Notes: generated from the letters alone by a model not told the origin. A stretch of DNA of 64,000 nucleotides from Negaprion brevirostris (GCA_030324005.1 JARDVH010000099.1:40620047-40684046); one strand, 5' to 3'; positions 39,850-52,382 are shown, numbered from the stretch's first letter. Translations and numbers: made by a program.

Positions 39850-42030
39850 TCCACCATTTTGAGGACACACACCCTCCCCCAAGGACACTTAAGGTTCTAA
39901 GATGCTGTTGAGTGAACTGCTTGCCTCAACATAATCCAACAAATTTTTGGGCCTCCAGGCAGTTTCCACCTACAAACTGTTTTCTGAGGTTTCCCTTCAG
40001 TTATCGGTTCAATAACATAGGTGTAGCCACTGGTATCAAGCTGTTTGATGACATTGTGGGATTAAGGAGCACAGACATCATGTATCTTATTCTGACCCCG
40101 ATATTCCTATTCCAGACAAATACTTGAGCTGATCACAAGGTCCAAATTGTCCCCTTTTTTCTTTACTGCTTCTTTCCAGGTCTTTTGGATGCCATCTCAA
40201 ACACCTGTTTAGCATCGTATGATGAGCAGCTATCTACAATGTCTGGAGAGTCCAAGGAGGTGATCTATGGGAAAGACTTGGTCTTTGCCAAATAAGAGAT
40301 AATTTGGAGGAATGTGGGGTACTATGAAATGCATAGACCAGTTCTGGAAGGTACTCAGACCACTTTCATTTGCAGAGTGCGCAATTGTTCATGCAAAATA
40401 CAGTTGAATCATTTGCACTGCCACTTCTCTTGGGATGACTGGGGATAATGCAGCCCTTGACAATGCCTTGCACCTTGCAGAGGTGTTGTAGGATCTTGCT
40501 CTTAAAATTGCACCTTTGGCATCTGTGGATCTGACGTGAGACACCAGAGCAGACAAACTAATCATGCACTAACACTCTGCCTATAGTTGAAGCCTTTTGG
40601 TCATGAGTGGGAATGACCCATGTAAGCTTAGTGAAAATATGAGTATGAGAATGTGTTCGGTCCTATTGCTACTGTGGTAAAGGGCCATGAAATCCATTGC
40701 AAGTATCTCCAATGGCTTAGTGGCAACAGGGATCCCATGCTGGGTGAAGCCGCTTCTCTGCTTTGGCCAAGATATATGTCTTTCAGGTTCAGCAATAGTT
40801 GGCAGATGTCTTGGGCCAGTAACACTGCTGTCTGGTACGCCCAGTTTTCCAATGTCTTTTCCGACACTTGGTGCCCCACTTGATCATGAACAACATTTGG
40901 CATTGAGATCTCTGGGAAGAATAAGTTGCTTCACCTGTCTTCCATTATCATAAATCAGCATGTAGAGAATGCCATTCTCCTCCCTAAACCACTACCTATA
41001 ACTCTGCAGTTTACGTGCCTGTTTGAATTCCCTAATCAGATTGTGCCGGGTTGATGGATGTTGGGCATTCCACTCATGTTGAAGTCTCCTGGTGTTTTTG
41101 ACCACTTCTGTTTGAGGTCCTTCTTTGAGATGAATAGCAAAAGTGAAACCATGTTAGCCTTAACCCTCTGGATCTGGTTTGTTGATAAACGTATCAATGA
41201 CACTTTGGCGATTCCCTGTCTGTATTCTATGGGGGATTGGGATGTGAATGCTGACATTTGCTTGAGGCATGGGTGTGACATCAGCCGTAATTCTCTTTAA
41301 ACTGGCAACAGTGGATTTCCTTCCACGGTCAGTCTTCCAACAGAGGGCCTCAGCACTTACTATCTTTGTCGGGCTTGTATCTTCTCTGCTGAGGAAGGAA
41401 AAATGGAATTGAGCTGAGTAGGGTCTGTGGTGTTGAGTGAGGGCGGTCTCATTAGTGCCCTATTCTGTTACAATTCTAGCACCTCTTTGGAGTATCCCTC
41501 AGGCATGTCCAGCTGCAAGGCTGCTTTGGAATGGATCTGTGCTTGCTCTGCAACAATCTGTTCCAACTGCCTCTTCAGCCTAAGGTCTACATCCCCATCA
41601 GTACTGATAGCCATCTTCCAGATGGTGATCTCTTCCCTGGTCTTAGGAGTCCAATCTTTTGCCCTGATTCAGATGGTGCAATAATGTGCATCAATGAAGG
41701 ATTAACTCTCTCAACTCCATCTGGACGTCTTCATCCCTCACTGCTTCAAGTAAGTGATTTTTCAGCTGCGTATCTTTGCTTGGTTTGAAGGAGAACGTAA
41801 TCAAACAACTTCACTAATTCCATGGACACCAAGACCAGTTCCTCTCCTTGGTTTGTAGTATACTTAAAACCTCTGCTGCAGCTGTGACAGACTAGTCTTA
41901 TCCTAAAACACCCTTGCCAGAACCGCAAAGATCCACTACAGACTTCTTTGGACAACCGTACCTCTCCCCAGTATGATGGGAGATGGATGAAAGGAATGGG
42001 ACCGATGGAATAACATGAGATGGGAATTTA
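39850..42030 (-). mobile_element. Gypsy remnant (gag fragment and integrase)
   Basis: Integrase Zn region VHDQVGHQVSEKTL and core start MGSL/ATKPLEILAMDF. Gag-like DKTSLSQLQQRF..NQGEELVLVSMELVKLFD and LKNHLLEAVRDEDVQMELREL. Many stops. Confidence 0.7.
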
Positions 42031-42504
42031 AATAATCCTGTTGCAATAAAGGTACCAATTGCAGGTCTCTGCTAGTATTTAAATATTTCTTACTTTTTCT
42101 TTGTTTTTTTCCTGAGTCTCTCCGTTCGGTATTTTTTCCCCACTGCGTATTTATCTTTCTGTACCTGATTTGCACCTGTTCTAATTCATGCATCATTCTA
42201 TTTCTTTCTCAGTCTTTAAATTTCATTGGGTAAGATGATAAAAATGTTGGTCCCATTGTTCAGTAACTTGCCATACCACTGCCATTCTAACAACTTCTAA
42301 CAAGTTGCGCAATAAGCATTTTGGATTGAAACATGCTGGGAAAAGATCAAATGGCATGTTGCCCTACTGGAGCAAAATCTTGATTATTATATTCATATAG
42401 GAAAAAGTGAACATTTATGTAAACTCTTTACCTGGTCTTTTTGAAAGTAATCTAAGATTTATTAGACTGTTTAAAGTTATAACTAATTAACTTCTGTTTG
42501 ATAG

Positions 42505-42782
42505 GTGGAACATTCTACACTTGGTTCCCAAAGTGCATCCTTGATGACTCAGAATTCTCAACTTCAGAACCAGCAGTTGTCACTGGAGAATGAGAATGAA
42601 TCACTGATGAAGGAAAAAGAGGAATTGAAATTACTGTATGATTCACTTATCAAAGATCATGAAAAACTAGCAAAGTTACATGAACATCAAGCAACAGAAT
42701 ATGAGGCTCTCATCAACAAACATGGAAGTCTGAAGTTTGTTCATAAAAATTTAGAAGTTGACCATAAAGATCTTGAGGACAG
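42505..42782 (+). CDS. CCDC88A: Girdin internal coding exon E
   Basis: ttgatag|GTG acceptor and GACAG|gtaggc donor, 278 nt. Translates VEHSTLGSQSASLMTQNSQLQNQQLSLENENESLMKEKEELKLLYDSLIKDHEKLAKLHEHQATEYEALINKHGSLKFVHKNLEVDHKDLED(R). Confidence 0.97.
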
Positions 42783-44762
42783 GTAGGCAGTTCATGTTTG
42801 AATGACTGAGAACATTCAAATATCAGGTATATTAAAAAAAGTAAGTCATCTTATAAAGAACTCAGAAGATAATTGCCGAACAATGTTAACTTAAAGGGTT
42901 TTGTGTTACTGTGCAGCCATTTTGGTCCACCATCCCCTATTTAGTAATGAAACACTTGTTCTGATGAGCAGCATCAGTTCTTTTTCTTCCACTGTCAGGA
43001 ACTATCTTCATTGATGCCTTTACACGGCAGACTAAATTAATTTATTTTCTGTTTGCTAATTTTCATAAAGTTGGAAACTGTTAGTCAATGTTCTATGAAA
43101 GTCTTTTAGAAAGTTCTTATCTTTTTGAAAGGTTTGATGAGTTTTGAAAAAGTTTCATTTTCACTTAATTACTAATTAGTTGTTACTTTGTTCTCCTGGT
43201 GTTAGTTTGATGTATTTTAGTGAGTTTGATTCCAATTGATAAATTCCAAGAGCTCAATTTAAAATTTGCAGTAGTTGTGGATTCTTACTAGTGGGAAATA
43301 GGCATGGTGCATCTTTATCTTCCAATATTGTGTGACTTTGAGAAGTATGAGCTATGCAATTGTCATGTTTGTTTGATCACTATCCTAACAACAGAGTATC
43401 CAATTTAACTTCTCCAGGCAAACACATACCTTTTATTCTGGTTTAGCTCAGAACTGAATTCCCCCCTCCCCCACTTCATATCAGTCAAATCCAAGGTGCA
43501 TTTATTGAAGCAATCACGAAAAATTGTCAGAGCCAAGCAACATTCATAGCGACACATGACTGACATAAGATGTGTTATTGTAACATATCATAAATTTGTT
43601 TGATCTCTGGTTTTTGCGCCTGGTGTGATATGGCTTTGCATTGTTCTGATGACATGGCAAGACAATCAAAGTCTTTACTTATATTCAGGTAGTGCTACTA
43701 CAGAATAATAAAAAAAAGTCTTTCAACTCACTGTAAGTTCATTTCTTTTTATGACCCATATATAATGTTCTTTTATCACTTCTGTCCACGTTACTCCTGA
43801 GAGATAACCAATTGTAAATAAAGTTCAAGAATATGAAGTATGAGCGTAACTGAACTAAGCTGCAAAACATAATCCAATCTTAAAACTGTTTGGAATCCTT
43901 AGAAGGTGTATTCTCCAAGAATTCATCATGGCTAATTAATGTTCATTGATTTCTGTTGCCATCAATCCCACATGTTTTGCTGAAAATCCTGCATCTGTGC
44001 AATTCCTCACTGCATAGTCAATTTTTTGTTGCCATCTTGTCACACTTTGATTCAACTTTTTCCATCGTAAATTTCTGTACTCTCACTTATAGCACAAAAC
44101 ATCTACATAAGCTTGTCATCTTGATTGTATGATTAGTAAATGGTAAATTAAACTTTCTGGTTTAACTGTGCTAACTTGGGTTACCAACTTAATGGCTGTA
44201 ATTTTGATGGAATAATACTTGGGTCAGATTACATTCCCCTCGGAAGTCCCTTGCTTGATATCTAGGTGTTTCTAAGGCGCTTGACCTACCAAGACAGGTC
44301 AGATGAGATCTGGGCAATGCAGCGCACCTGGAATTGAGTGCTGAGGGCAGTAGAATCATAGGTAATAGGCCATTTCATTTTTTTTAACAGCACTATGTTG
44401 GTGAGACAGGTCAGGCCAAGGGACGTTAGTGTGTGTCTGGCTGGGTCTTTTAGGGCGAGGTGGGTGTCGGGTTCGGTCAGGATGTGGGGAGCGTGTCACA
44501 TCAGTGTTGGGTAGGGGAAATGTCAGGTGGGGTTTTGAGGAGAGCTGATATTTGGTTGGATGTTAACGTGTAGGATCAGTGATGCAGCAGGGGAGGGGTT
44601 TGATGGGATTGGGTCAGGCCTGGGTGGGGATGTGGTCAGGGGTTGTATAGTGTGTAGTCCCTTACACATTGGAGGAATCCTGGAGTTGTCAGGTGGTGTG
44701 CTAAGTCCCATGGGGGCATAAGGGATGTCCTGTGGGATGGCTGAGGTATAACTATATAATGG

Positions 44763-45038
44763 TTCAGCAAGAAGCGTCACAACACCAGGTTAAAGTCCAA
44801 CACGTTTATTTGGGATCACAAGTTTTTGGAGCACTGGTCCTTCATCAGGTAAGTAGAGGTAGGTTCACAAACATGGCGTATGTAGGCAAAGACACAATTA
44901 CAAGATAATTACAGATTAGAATGTGAAGAATGGTTGGAATGCAAGTCTTTACAGGTAATCAAGTCTTTACAGGTACAAACAGTGTGCATGGAGAGAAAAT
45001 AATCAGAGGCTAAAGAGGTGTGAATTGTCTTAAGCCAG
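44763..45038 (-). mobile_element. Penelope-like element 3' end
   Basis: Reverse complement of ~50010-50278, including a hammerhead motif mutated from GAAA to AAAA. Confidence 0.85.
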
Positions 45039-45534
45039 NNNNNNNNNNNNNNNNNNNNNNNNNNNNNNNNNNNNNNNNNNNNNNNNNNNNNNNNNNNNNN
45101 NNNNNNNNNNNNNNNNNNNNNNNNNNNNNNNNNNNNNNTGAGGAGTAGGTTTACAGAGCAATCCCCTGGGTGATTGGGCTGTGGGAGAATTGAACTCCAG
45201 AGTTCGATGTGCCTTTTGCTTCACTGCTTCCCTATGTTGTCATGATCCAGGAAATCTGTGTTCCTCTATTTTGGGACGTTAGCTTGTTGAAAGCTCCAGT
45301 GTTGCAACAAGAAGCTGTCCCACTCTTAGGATTCCAGAGATATTCTGGAGTCTGGTAACAGAGAGAAGGAGATGGTCTAATTTTGGATAGAAGAACCTTT
45401 TCTCATTCACTCCTCCTCGTCCTCAGGATTAGAATATAGATGGGATGTGACCTGTTATTAGTCAAATGGGCTTTTTGATCTTGAAGTTCAATTTATACAG
45501 CTATAGCCATTTAGAGGTGCAGAATTTCAGTATT

Positions 45535-46000
45535 GCTGGGAGAAGAGACATTGTTTTAGCTTTGCATCTTGTACTCACCAGGCCAGAGACCAAGAATAGC
45601 AATAACCATTTATACTGCATGAAAGAGAATGCTGATTGGCTTGCATGGACTCTGGTAGAGGTGTTGCCATGGAGAATGCAACAAGGGACAGTTAACTGCA
45701 AAGCTTTTGTTCAAATTCAAACCAGACAGATTGATTCTGATTTATGAGGAATGAACCAGGGAATGGCTGTCCCAAAACTTCTGTTTAGTTGAAAAAGTGC
45801 AATGTGTAGATATGTTCCTTCTGCCTGCAAAAGATAGGGGCCTGTGTGTGAATATATGTAGCTTCTATTATGTGTAAATGAACCACACTGTGAACCTGGC
45901 TGATAATCTGAAATTTGGTTTCTGTGTAATTCTTAGCACAATCAGGACTGTTTCGCAAGTGTTATCAAACTTGGAATTTCATCTAACGTTGGATCTAATG
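45535..46000 (-). mobile_element. Second Penelope-like family, GIY-YIG C-terminus and 3' repeat
   Basis: The minus strand translates HLRNSPDCAKNYTETKFQIISQVHSVVHLHIIEATYIHTQAPIFCRQKE, with a decayed hammerhead-like core near 45555-45585. Confidence 0.65.
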
Positions 46001-47280
46001 TTATTATGCTACTAATTTAAAACTCTTTCCTAGGTACTTAGTTTAATATGACAAACCTAGGACAGGAGTTGGCTCAAGTTCTCTTAACAATCTTCCCTTT
46101 ATTTAACACTTTAGGTACCAAACTCAAACTTGCAACAGTTGCAACACTTTAACTCTCTTATTGAACTTGATTCTTAACTGAGCTTTACCTTTAACTGGAA
46201 ATGGATATCACCCGGTTCAGAACAAAATCTCCAGGTTCGTTTCCAATGTAGAATCTGTCCTTTGCTCTTTCTCTGAAGCTGTCGTTCAGAGTATTCTTAC
46301 AATTGAGCGTCTCGAGTTGTTGCTGGAGACAAAATGCTTGAACGTGTGTCCTTATCCTCAAATGTTGTAAACTTTGAGAAAGTTCTGGGGCACTGAGCTG
46401 GTGATGTAACCAGGAATTGATCACGTTGTTTGACCAGCCAATGGAAGTACCTGTAAACAACTCCGCACCAATCATCCAACCTGTGTACAGGACACCAGCT
46501 TTACCCCCTCTTGGTGCCATCAGGCCTAACTCAAAGTAAACAACTTCCCATACTTGCTCAACACTGGGAGTTCCAGGTCACAGTTCCCAGGTGGGGTCAT
46601 GGCTCGCAGCAACCTTATGACCCGCATCAATTTTTAGTTACAAGTTGACCAAAAAATCTCAGCATGCTTAAATCTCAGTTCCAATTGCTCTTTAAAGCAA
46701 ACATTGCCATTATTGTTATTAAATCATTGTTGTAAGTGTTCTTTCTCTGTCCACACTTCTGAATTTTACAAGCACTGGTTGGGTACTTTTAAATTTGTCA
46801 ATCCTTTAACCAGGCAAACCTGAGTTAGTACAACACTAGATTTGATATGGATCTTTGGTCCTTGCAGGCTCTTTGGCCACATTAGCTCTAAGCCGATGGT
46901 TGGAATTTTAGTGGCCTGCCTGCCCCATGATTCGGCAAAGGGTGGACAATGGAAAAGTCCATTGACCTCAGGCAGGATGTCACAGTTTCAGGATGAGCGA
47001 GGCTGTGAAATCCTGTCTGACATGTTTAAGCCCCAGTAATAGCTCTTTAAGTCACCAGGTCTTGACTCTTGCCAATCGATGCCCGTATTACTTACGTGGC
47101 TTTGGGAAGTAGATCTCTTACGGGACAAGATGCAACCCACCTATACAGAGAGCTCAGTAGGTTGGTTTGAAGGTTCGTAGATTTGGTAATGGTTGTTTGA
47201 TCATGTGAGGCTGACAAAACGTAAAAGTAGAGTTATTGACCTGCCCAATAGATTCTGTGGAAATGCCATCTCCTAGATTT

Positions 47281-47296
47281 CCACCAGATGGCAGCA
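47281..47296 (+). promoter_or_regulatory. Candidate CTCF binding site
   Basis: CCACCAGATGGCAGCA matches the CTCF core CCASYAGRKGGCRS and lies in a locally CpG-retaining stretch. Confidence 0.5.
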
Positions 47297-47906
47297 AAGT
47301 CTCAAAAACTCCAACAGCAGCGGAGCGGTTGTCCTTTTATCGGCGGACAGACAAATTTGTGTAAAATAAAATTCAACAACAGCCGTACAGTTTTAATAAC
47401 CCTTCCTGCTTTTCACCTTGTCCACTTCTTAGTGCTCATGTTTGAAGAAACCGGCATTTAGTTGTGACACAGTGGAATAATTTTGACAACTTAAATCATA
47501 TTGATGAAATTTCATTTAAATAGCAAGATGTGTGAGAATGGACTTTATTCTCAGAATGTCCCTATAGATCTCTTCCTTTGCTCTGTGGTATTTAATCTTT
47601 CACTTGTGTTAATTTTTTTCCTGAATTTATTTTGTACTGCTTCTGACTGAGGGAGAGATGAGAAGCTGAAACGAAAATGGAAAATGCTGGAAAATCTCAG
47701 CGGGTCTGGCAGCGTCTGTGGGGCGACGTAGAAAGCATTGAGGTATTTTGCGCTCGTACTCGCATTGTGGAATGGTTCACAGCTCGGAAATGGCGAAGGA
47801 GTGATTTAATTGAGGCAGCAGAGATTTTTGATAGATTAAGTAAGGAGAAATTATTTCCACTTACAGATTTGATGTAATTGGCGAAAAAAACCCCATGTGG
47901 GATAAT

Positions 47907-48297
47907 GGAGGCAGTGGCATAGCGGTAATGTCACTGGACTAGTAATTCAGAGGCCCAGGGAGACCTGGGTTCAATTCCCGCCACAGCAGCTGATGAAATT
48001 TACATTTAATAAAGAAATGTGGAATTAGAAGGTCTACCGATGACCATCAAACCATTGTCGATTGTTGGAAAAACCCATCTGGTTCATTAATGTCCTTTAG
48101 GGAAAGAAATATGTTGTCCTTGCCCAGTCTGGCCTACATGTGACTCTAGAGCCACAGCAACGAGGTTAAGAATCATAGAACCCTACAGTGCAGAAGTCTG
48201 TACCGTAACTCTCAACTACCCTCTGAAATGGCCTCAGGGGCAATTAGGGATGGGCAATAAATGCTGGCCACCCAGTGACATCCACATCCCAAAAAGA
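47907..48297 (+). mobile_element. Deu-domain tRNA SINE (SacSINE1-like)
   Basis: A box gtggcatagcgg, B box gggttcaattccc, central aaaaacccatctggttcattaatgtcctttaggg, and tail gggcaattagggatgggcaataaatgctggcc. Confidence 0.75.
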
Positions 48298-48637
48298 AAG
48301 AAACTAAAAAGAAGGGGGTTTTTGTTACTTTGCACACCACGTTGCGATGGTTTGGAATTCACCGCTTGAAAGGGAGGCAGCAGCAGTTTCAAATAAAACT
48401 TTCAAAAGAGAATTGGGTAAACGCTTCAAAGGAAAGGAAAAGTTGCAGGGCTCTTCCTAAAGAGCGACAGTGTGTTTTTAATTGGATAGCTCTTAAAGAA
48501 GGTCGACACAGGCTTGATGGGCAGAATGGTCTCCTTCTATGCTGTAAGAAGATTCTGGTTTGAAAATTTCAACTACTCCTGGCCACAGGGTAACTGGAAT
48601 CCTTCCCTTCTAAGTTTAAGTAGGGAGTAAAGGAGAT

Positions 48638-48775
48638 TAGAACATCGAACCCTACGGTGCAGAAAGAGGCCCTTCGGCCCATCGAGTCTGCACCAAACAT
48701 AATCCCACCCAGGCCCTACCCCATATCCCTACATATTATACCCACTAATCCCTCTAACCTACACATCCCTGGACA
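48638..48775 (-). mobile_element. HE1-like SINE 3' part
   Basis: gaaccctacggtgcagaaagaggcccttcggcccatcgagtctgcacc...; 5'-truncated against the Penelope. Confidence 0.75.
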
Positions 48776-50307
48776 CCTGGTGATTGTTGCACGGTGTCCA
48801 TTCATTATTGTCATGGTAACTGCATGGTCGTGCTGATGTACTATGCCTCAGGATATTCTTTCCTGCAGTTTGAGGTCGACAGTGTTGACTGAGTCATGTA
48901 CGTGGTGAATGGTGTTCTCATGTGTGATAGTGGTATCCATGTTGATGATCTGGCATGTCTTGCAGAGGTTGCTGTGGCAGGGTTTTGTGGTGTTGTAGTC
49001 GCCGTCCTCCTGAAATCTGGTAGTTTGCTGCAAACAATAGTCTGTTTGAAGTTGGGCAATTGTCTGTAGGCAAGTAGTGGGGGTGTGGAGATGGCCTTGG
49101 TGAGATGGTCATCATCAGTGACATGTTGAAGGTTCCAAAGAAGATGATGTAGTTTCTCCGCTCTGGGGAAATACTAGATGATGAAGGGTCCTTTCGTTCG
49201 TAATGTCCCGTGTTTGTTTTCAGAGGAGATCGGTGAGGTTTTTTACCATGGCGCATCGGAACTGTCAATCGATGAGTCGAGCACCTACTCTGTTCTTGTG
49301 AGGGCTTCTTTCAGCACCAGCAGGTAATTGCTGCGTTCCTCCTCATCTGAGCAGATCCTGTATATACGGAGGGCTTGTCTGTAGGGAATGGCTTCTTTAT
49401 CGTGTTTAGGGTGGAAGCTGGAGAAACGGAGCATCACGAGGTTATCCATGGGCTTGTGAAGTGCTGAGGTGATCATGATGGAGATACCTGTGTCCAAGTC
49501 TGATCAGTCTGTTGAGTTGGCAGCTGTGTTCTTTAGTCGGATTTGCAGGTAACTGTGGTGTTCCTGGTTGTTCAGTTATTGACATGGATCCCACCATCAT
49601 ATGTGAGAACACCACCCACCGGGTACATAGCACATACTCATGCAATTTGGCCAACATTGTCTACCTCTTACGCTGTAAGAAAGGATGTCCCGAGGTGTGG
49701 TACATCAGCGACAACATGCAGATGCTATGACAATAGATGAACAGGCACCACGCGACAGTTGCCAGGCAGGAGTGTTCCCTTACAGTCGGGGAGCGCTTCA
49801 GCAGTCAAGGGCATTCTGCCTCCGATCTTAGAGGTGAGCGTTCCCCAAGGCGGCCTTCAAGACACACGACAACACAGAATCGCTAAGCAGAAATTGATAG
49901 CTAAGTTCTGCATGCATGAGGACGGCCTCAACTGGGGTCTTGGGTTCATGCCACACTACTTGTAATCCCGAATGCGCCGCCTGGATTTGCATAATCCTAC
50001 TAACTGTCTTGGTTTGAGACAATTCACACTCTTTAACCTGTGATTATCCCTCTCTCCATGCACACTGTGCCTGTAAAGACTTGATCACTGTGAAGACTCA
50101 CATTCCAACCATTCTTCACATTACAGTCTGTATTCTTGCAATTGTGTCTTCACCTATATCGCCATGTTTGTGAACCTGTCTCCACTCACCTGATGAAGGA
50201 CCAGTGCTCCGAAAGCTTGTGATTCCAAATAAACCTGTTGGACTTTAACCTGGTGCTGTGAGACTTCTTACTGCACTCACCTCAATCCAACACCAGCATC
50301 TCCAAAT
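48776..50307. mobile_element. Penelope-like element with inverted structure (minus arm 48776-~49500, plus arm ~49500-50307)
   Basis: Minus arm: KPMDNLVMLRFSSFHPKH..AIPYRQALRIYRICS (PLE RT thumb) and KPCHSNLCKTCQII. Plus arm: GIY-YIG-like YSCNLANIVYLLRCKKGCPEVWYIS and QKLIAKFCMHEDGLN. Confidence 0.9.
50186..50222 (+). ncRNA. Minimal type I hammerhead ribozyme motif in the Penelope 3' repeat
   Basis: TCAC-CTGATGA-A-GGA(ccagtgc)TCC-GAA-AGCT-T-GTGA: stem I TCAC/GTGA, intact core, stem II GGA/TCC, palindromic stem III AGCT. Confidence 0.75.
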
Positions 50308-52174
50308 AGTTGCCCAGAAGCTAGGATTGATTTTAATTCTAATTTTTTTCTGGCTATTTATGTAAGACAGTAGGAACCATTCAAAGTTTGTGATTTAAAT
50401 TGCATTTCTGTATGGTGCAGGACAATTACCAATGGAAAGTTTGCACTTCCCAAACGTTTGCTATTATGCACATCCTACCTGAGAATTTCCGGGGAGTGGG
50501 TATTCCTTAGTCATCTTTGGGGTACCTCCCCAATATGATAGCCTGGACCTTGGATGTTATGGTTCAATATTTCAGACTAAGCTTCTGCGTCATTAGGATT
50601 AAACTGACCTTTGAAGTTTTTAATCTTTCTTTAAGTCTTCAGTTTAGATAAGGGTTGGACAGGAAGAGACAACAATGGAAAAGGAGGGTAAAGAAGGGAA
50701 TATTTAGAACAGACAAGTAACAGAGAAGAGGAAGGGAAGGGGATGAGCTTGAAGTTGGGGGACAGTGGAGGGAGAGATCAACAAAGGAGAGGAGGTTGGA
50801 TTAAGGGAAGAAGAGACTAGTGGAGAAGCTGGGCTCAAGGGAGATGGAGAAGGTGGAAGAAGTGAAGAGGAGAAAGTGACAACTGGGAGAATAAGAGAGT
50901 AGGCTAGCATGGAAAAGCAAGAGGAATAAATTTGGTGAGTGGAGGATGGGAGGAGCCAAAGAAGACAGGAGAGAAAGAAGTGAATAGAGGAGATTTGAGA
51001 AAGAATGGAAGCTTTGGGGGGGTGGTGTGAAGGAGTATTAAAATAAGCCTATTCCCTTCTTCCATGAGCTATACATTCAATCGTTAATCTTCCCTGCTCT
51101 CCCATTCATCACACCCTCTCCCCAACCTTTTCATCCTCCCGTTCTCATCCCTGCTGCCTTTTGTTTTTTTTTCCTCCCACTTTTCCCATACCCTTCCCTT
51201 TCTCTATTTGTCTCCTCTTATCCTCCCTTTCTTAGATTCCCTCTCCTCTCTTTCCTTCCTGCTCTCTTTCCACTTTAACTTTTCCATTGTATTCCTCTTT
51301 CTACCCCATATGTCGTTCACTTCTTGTGTTCCTCTTCTTGATGCCATCCTTTTCTCCCAATTTGGATGGCTAGAAAGTTGCAGCTCTACCCAGAACACTC
51401 TTATGCAAGCAATCAGTCAGATTTTGAACCTCCTAATAAAAGTTGAACTTTATTTTAACCATGTAGATGGCCTAATTAGTTAGTTGTGGATGTACATCTT
51501 TGGCAACCTTTTTTTTTAACACTATGCAGAACATAATATTACTGATATCTGAACAAGCCGTGTAACATGAGCTAAGTTCTGGCAAATCTCCAGTTTCCGT
51601 ATTCTCTATTGTCATTAAATCTTTTTATAAAAATGCTCGTTGTTGACAAATTATATTTGACAATTAAAACAAAATTAACTTTTAAAGACTTTAAAATTTG
51701 AAAAAAGTTATTTTCTTTTAAAAGTCTATTTTCATGTTTGTTGCATGGCTGCTTCCACAGAAGTGAGAGACTTTAAGTGGTAACAAGAACTGTAATTGAC
51801 AGTCATCAAGATTTTTTTTCTCTATGGAATTCATCTTAAAACTTATGAAGCATTCCTCAGTTTACTTACTCGTTCTCATTACTGGAATACTATTTTGCAT
51901 TGAAGGCCAACTTCTGCAATAATTTCCAAAGCTAGCGGGAGAATGCAACTTTGAGGTCCCTCGTAATTCCACCTAGATACTTGTAGCTGGTCATATGTGT
52001 CATTTTTCACGTTCGAACATAATAAATTTAGGTACAACAGAAATGCCAATCGTGAGATTGATAGTGCCATTGATATTTCTGATGGCTAATGGAAAAATGT
52101 ACAAGATCTTTTGAAACCAAATAGTGTAATGAAATGATGATCATCACTTGTGAAAATTTTGAAAAACCAGTTTT

Positions 52175-52382
52175 ATTTTTATTTATTATTGTCACAAGTA
52201 GGCTTACATTAACAGTGCAATGAAGTTACTGTGAAAATCTCCTAGTCGGTACCATCCTGTGCTTTTTTGGGTACGCTGAGAGAGAATTTAGCATGGCCAA
52301 TGCACCTAACCAGCACATCTTTCAGACAGTGGGAGGAAACCAGAGCACCCAGAGGAAACCCACACAGACATGGGGAGAACGT
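52175..52382 (-). mobile_element. HE1-like SINE with alternative (Rex1-like) tail
   Basis: Antisense of the 56227-56522 subfamily; the head runs into a gap. Confidence 0.75.

Noticed and set aside
46898-47018. Short element with imperfect terminal inverted repeats (ggttggaatttta...tgaaatcctgtc); similar GC-richer patches at ~18460-18680 and ~56548-56790
   Set aside because: Probably common decayed MITE-like repeats; termini and TSD cannot be supported from this window alone.
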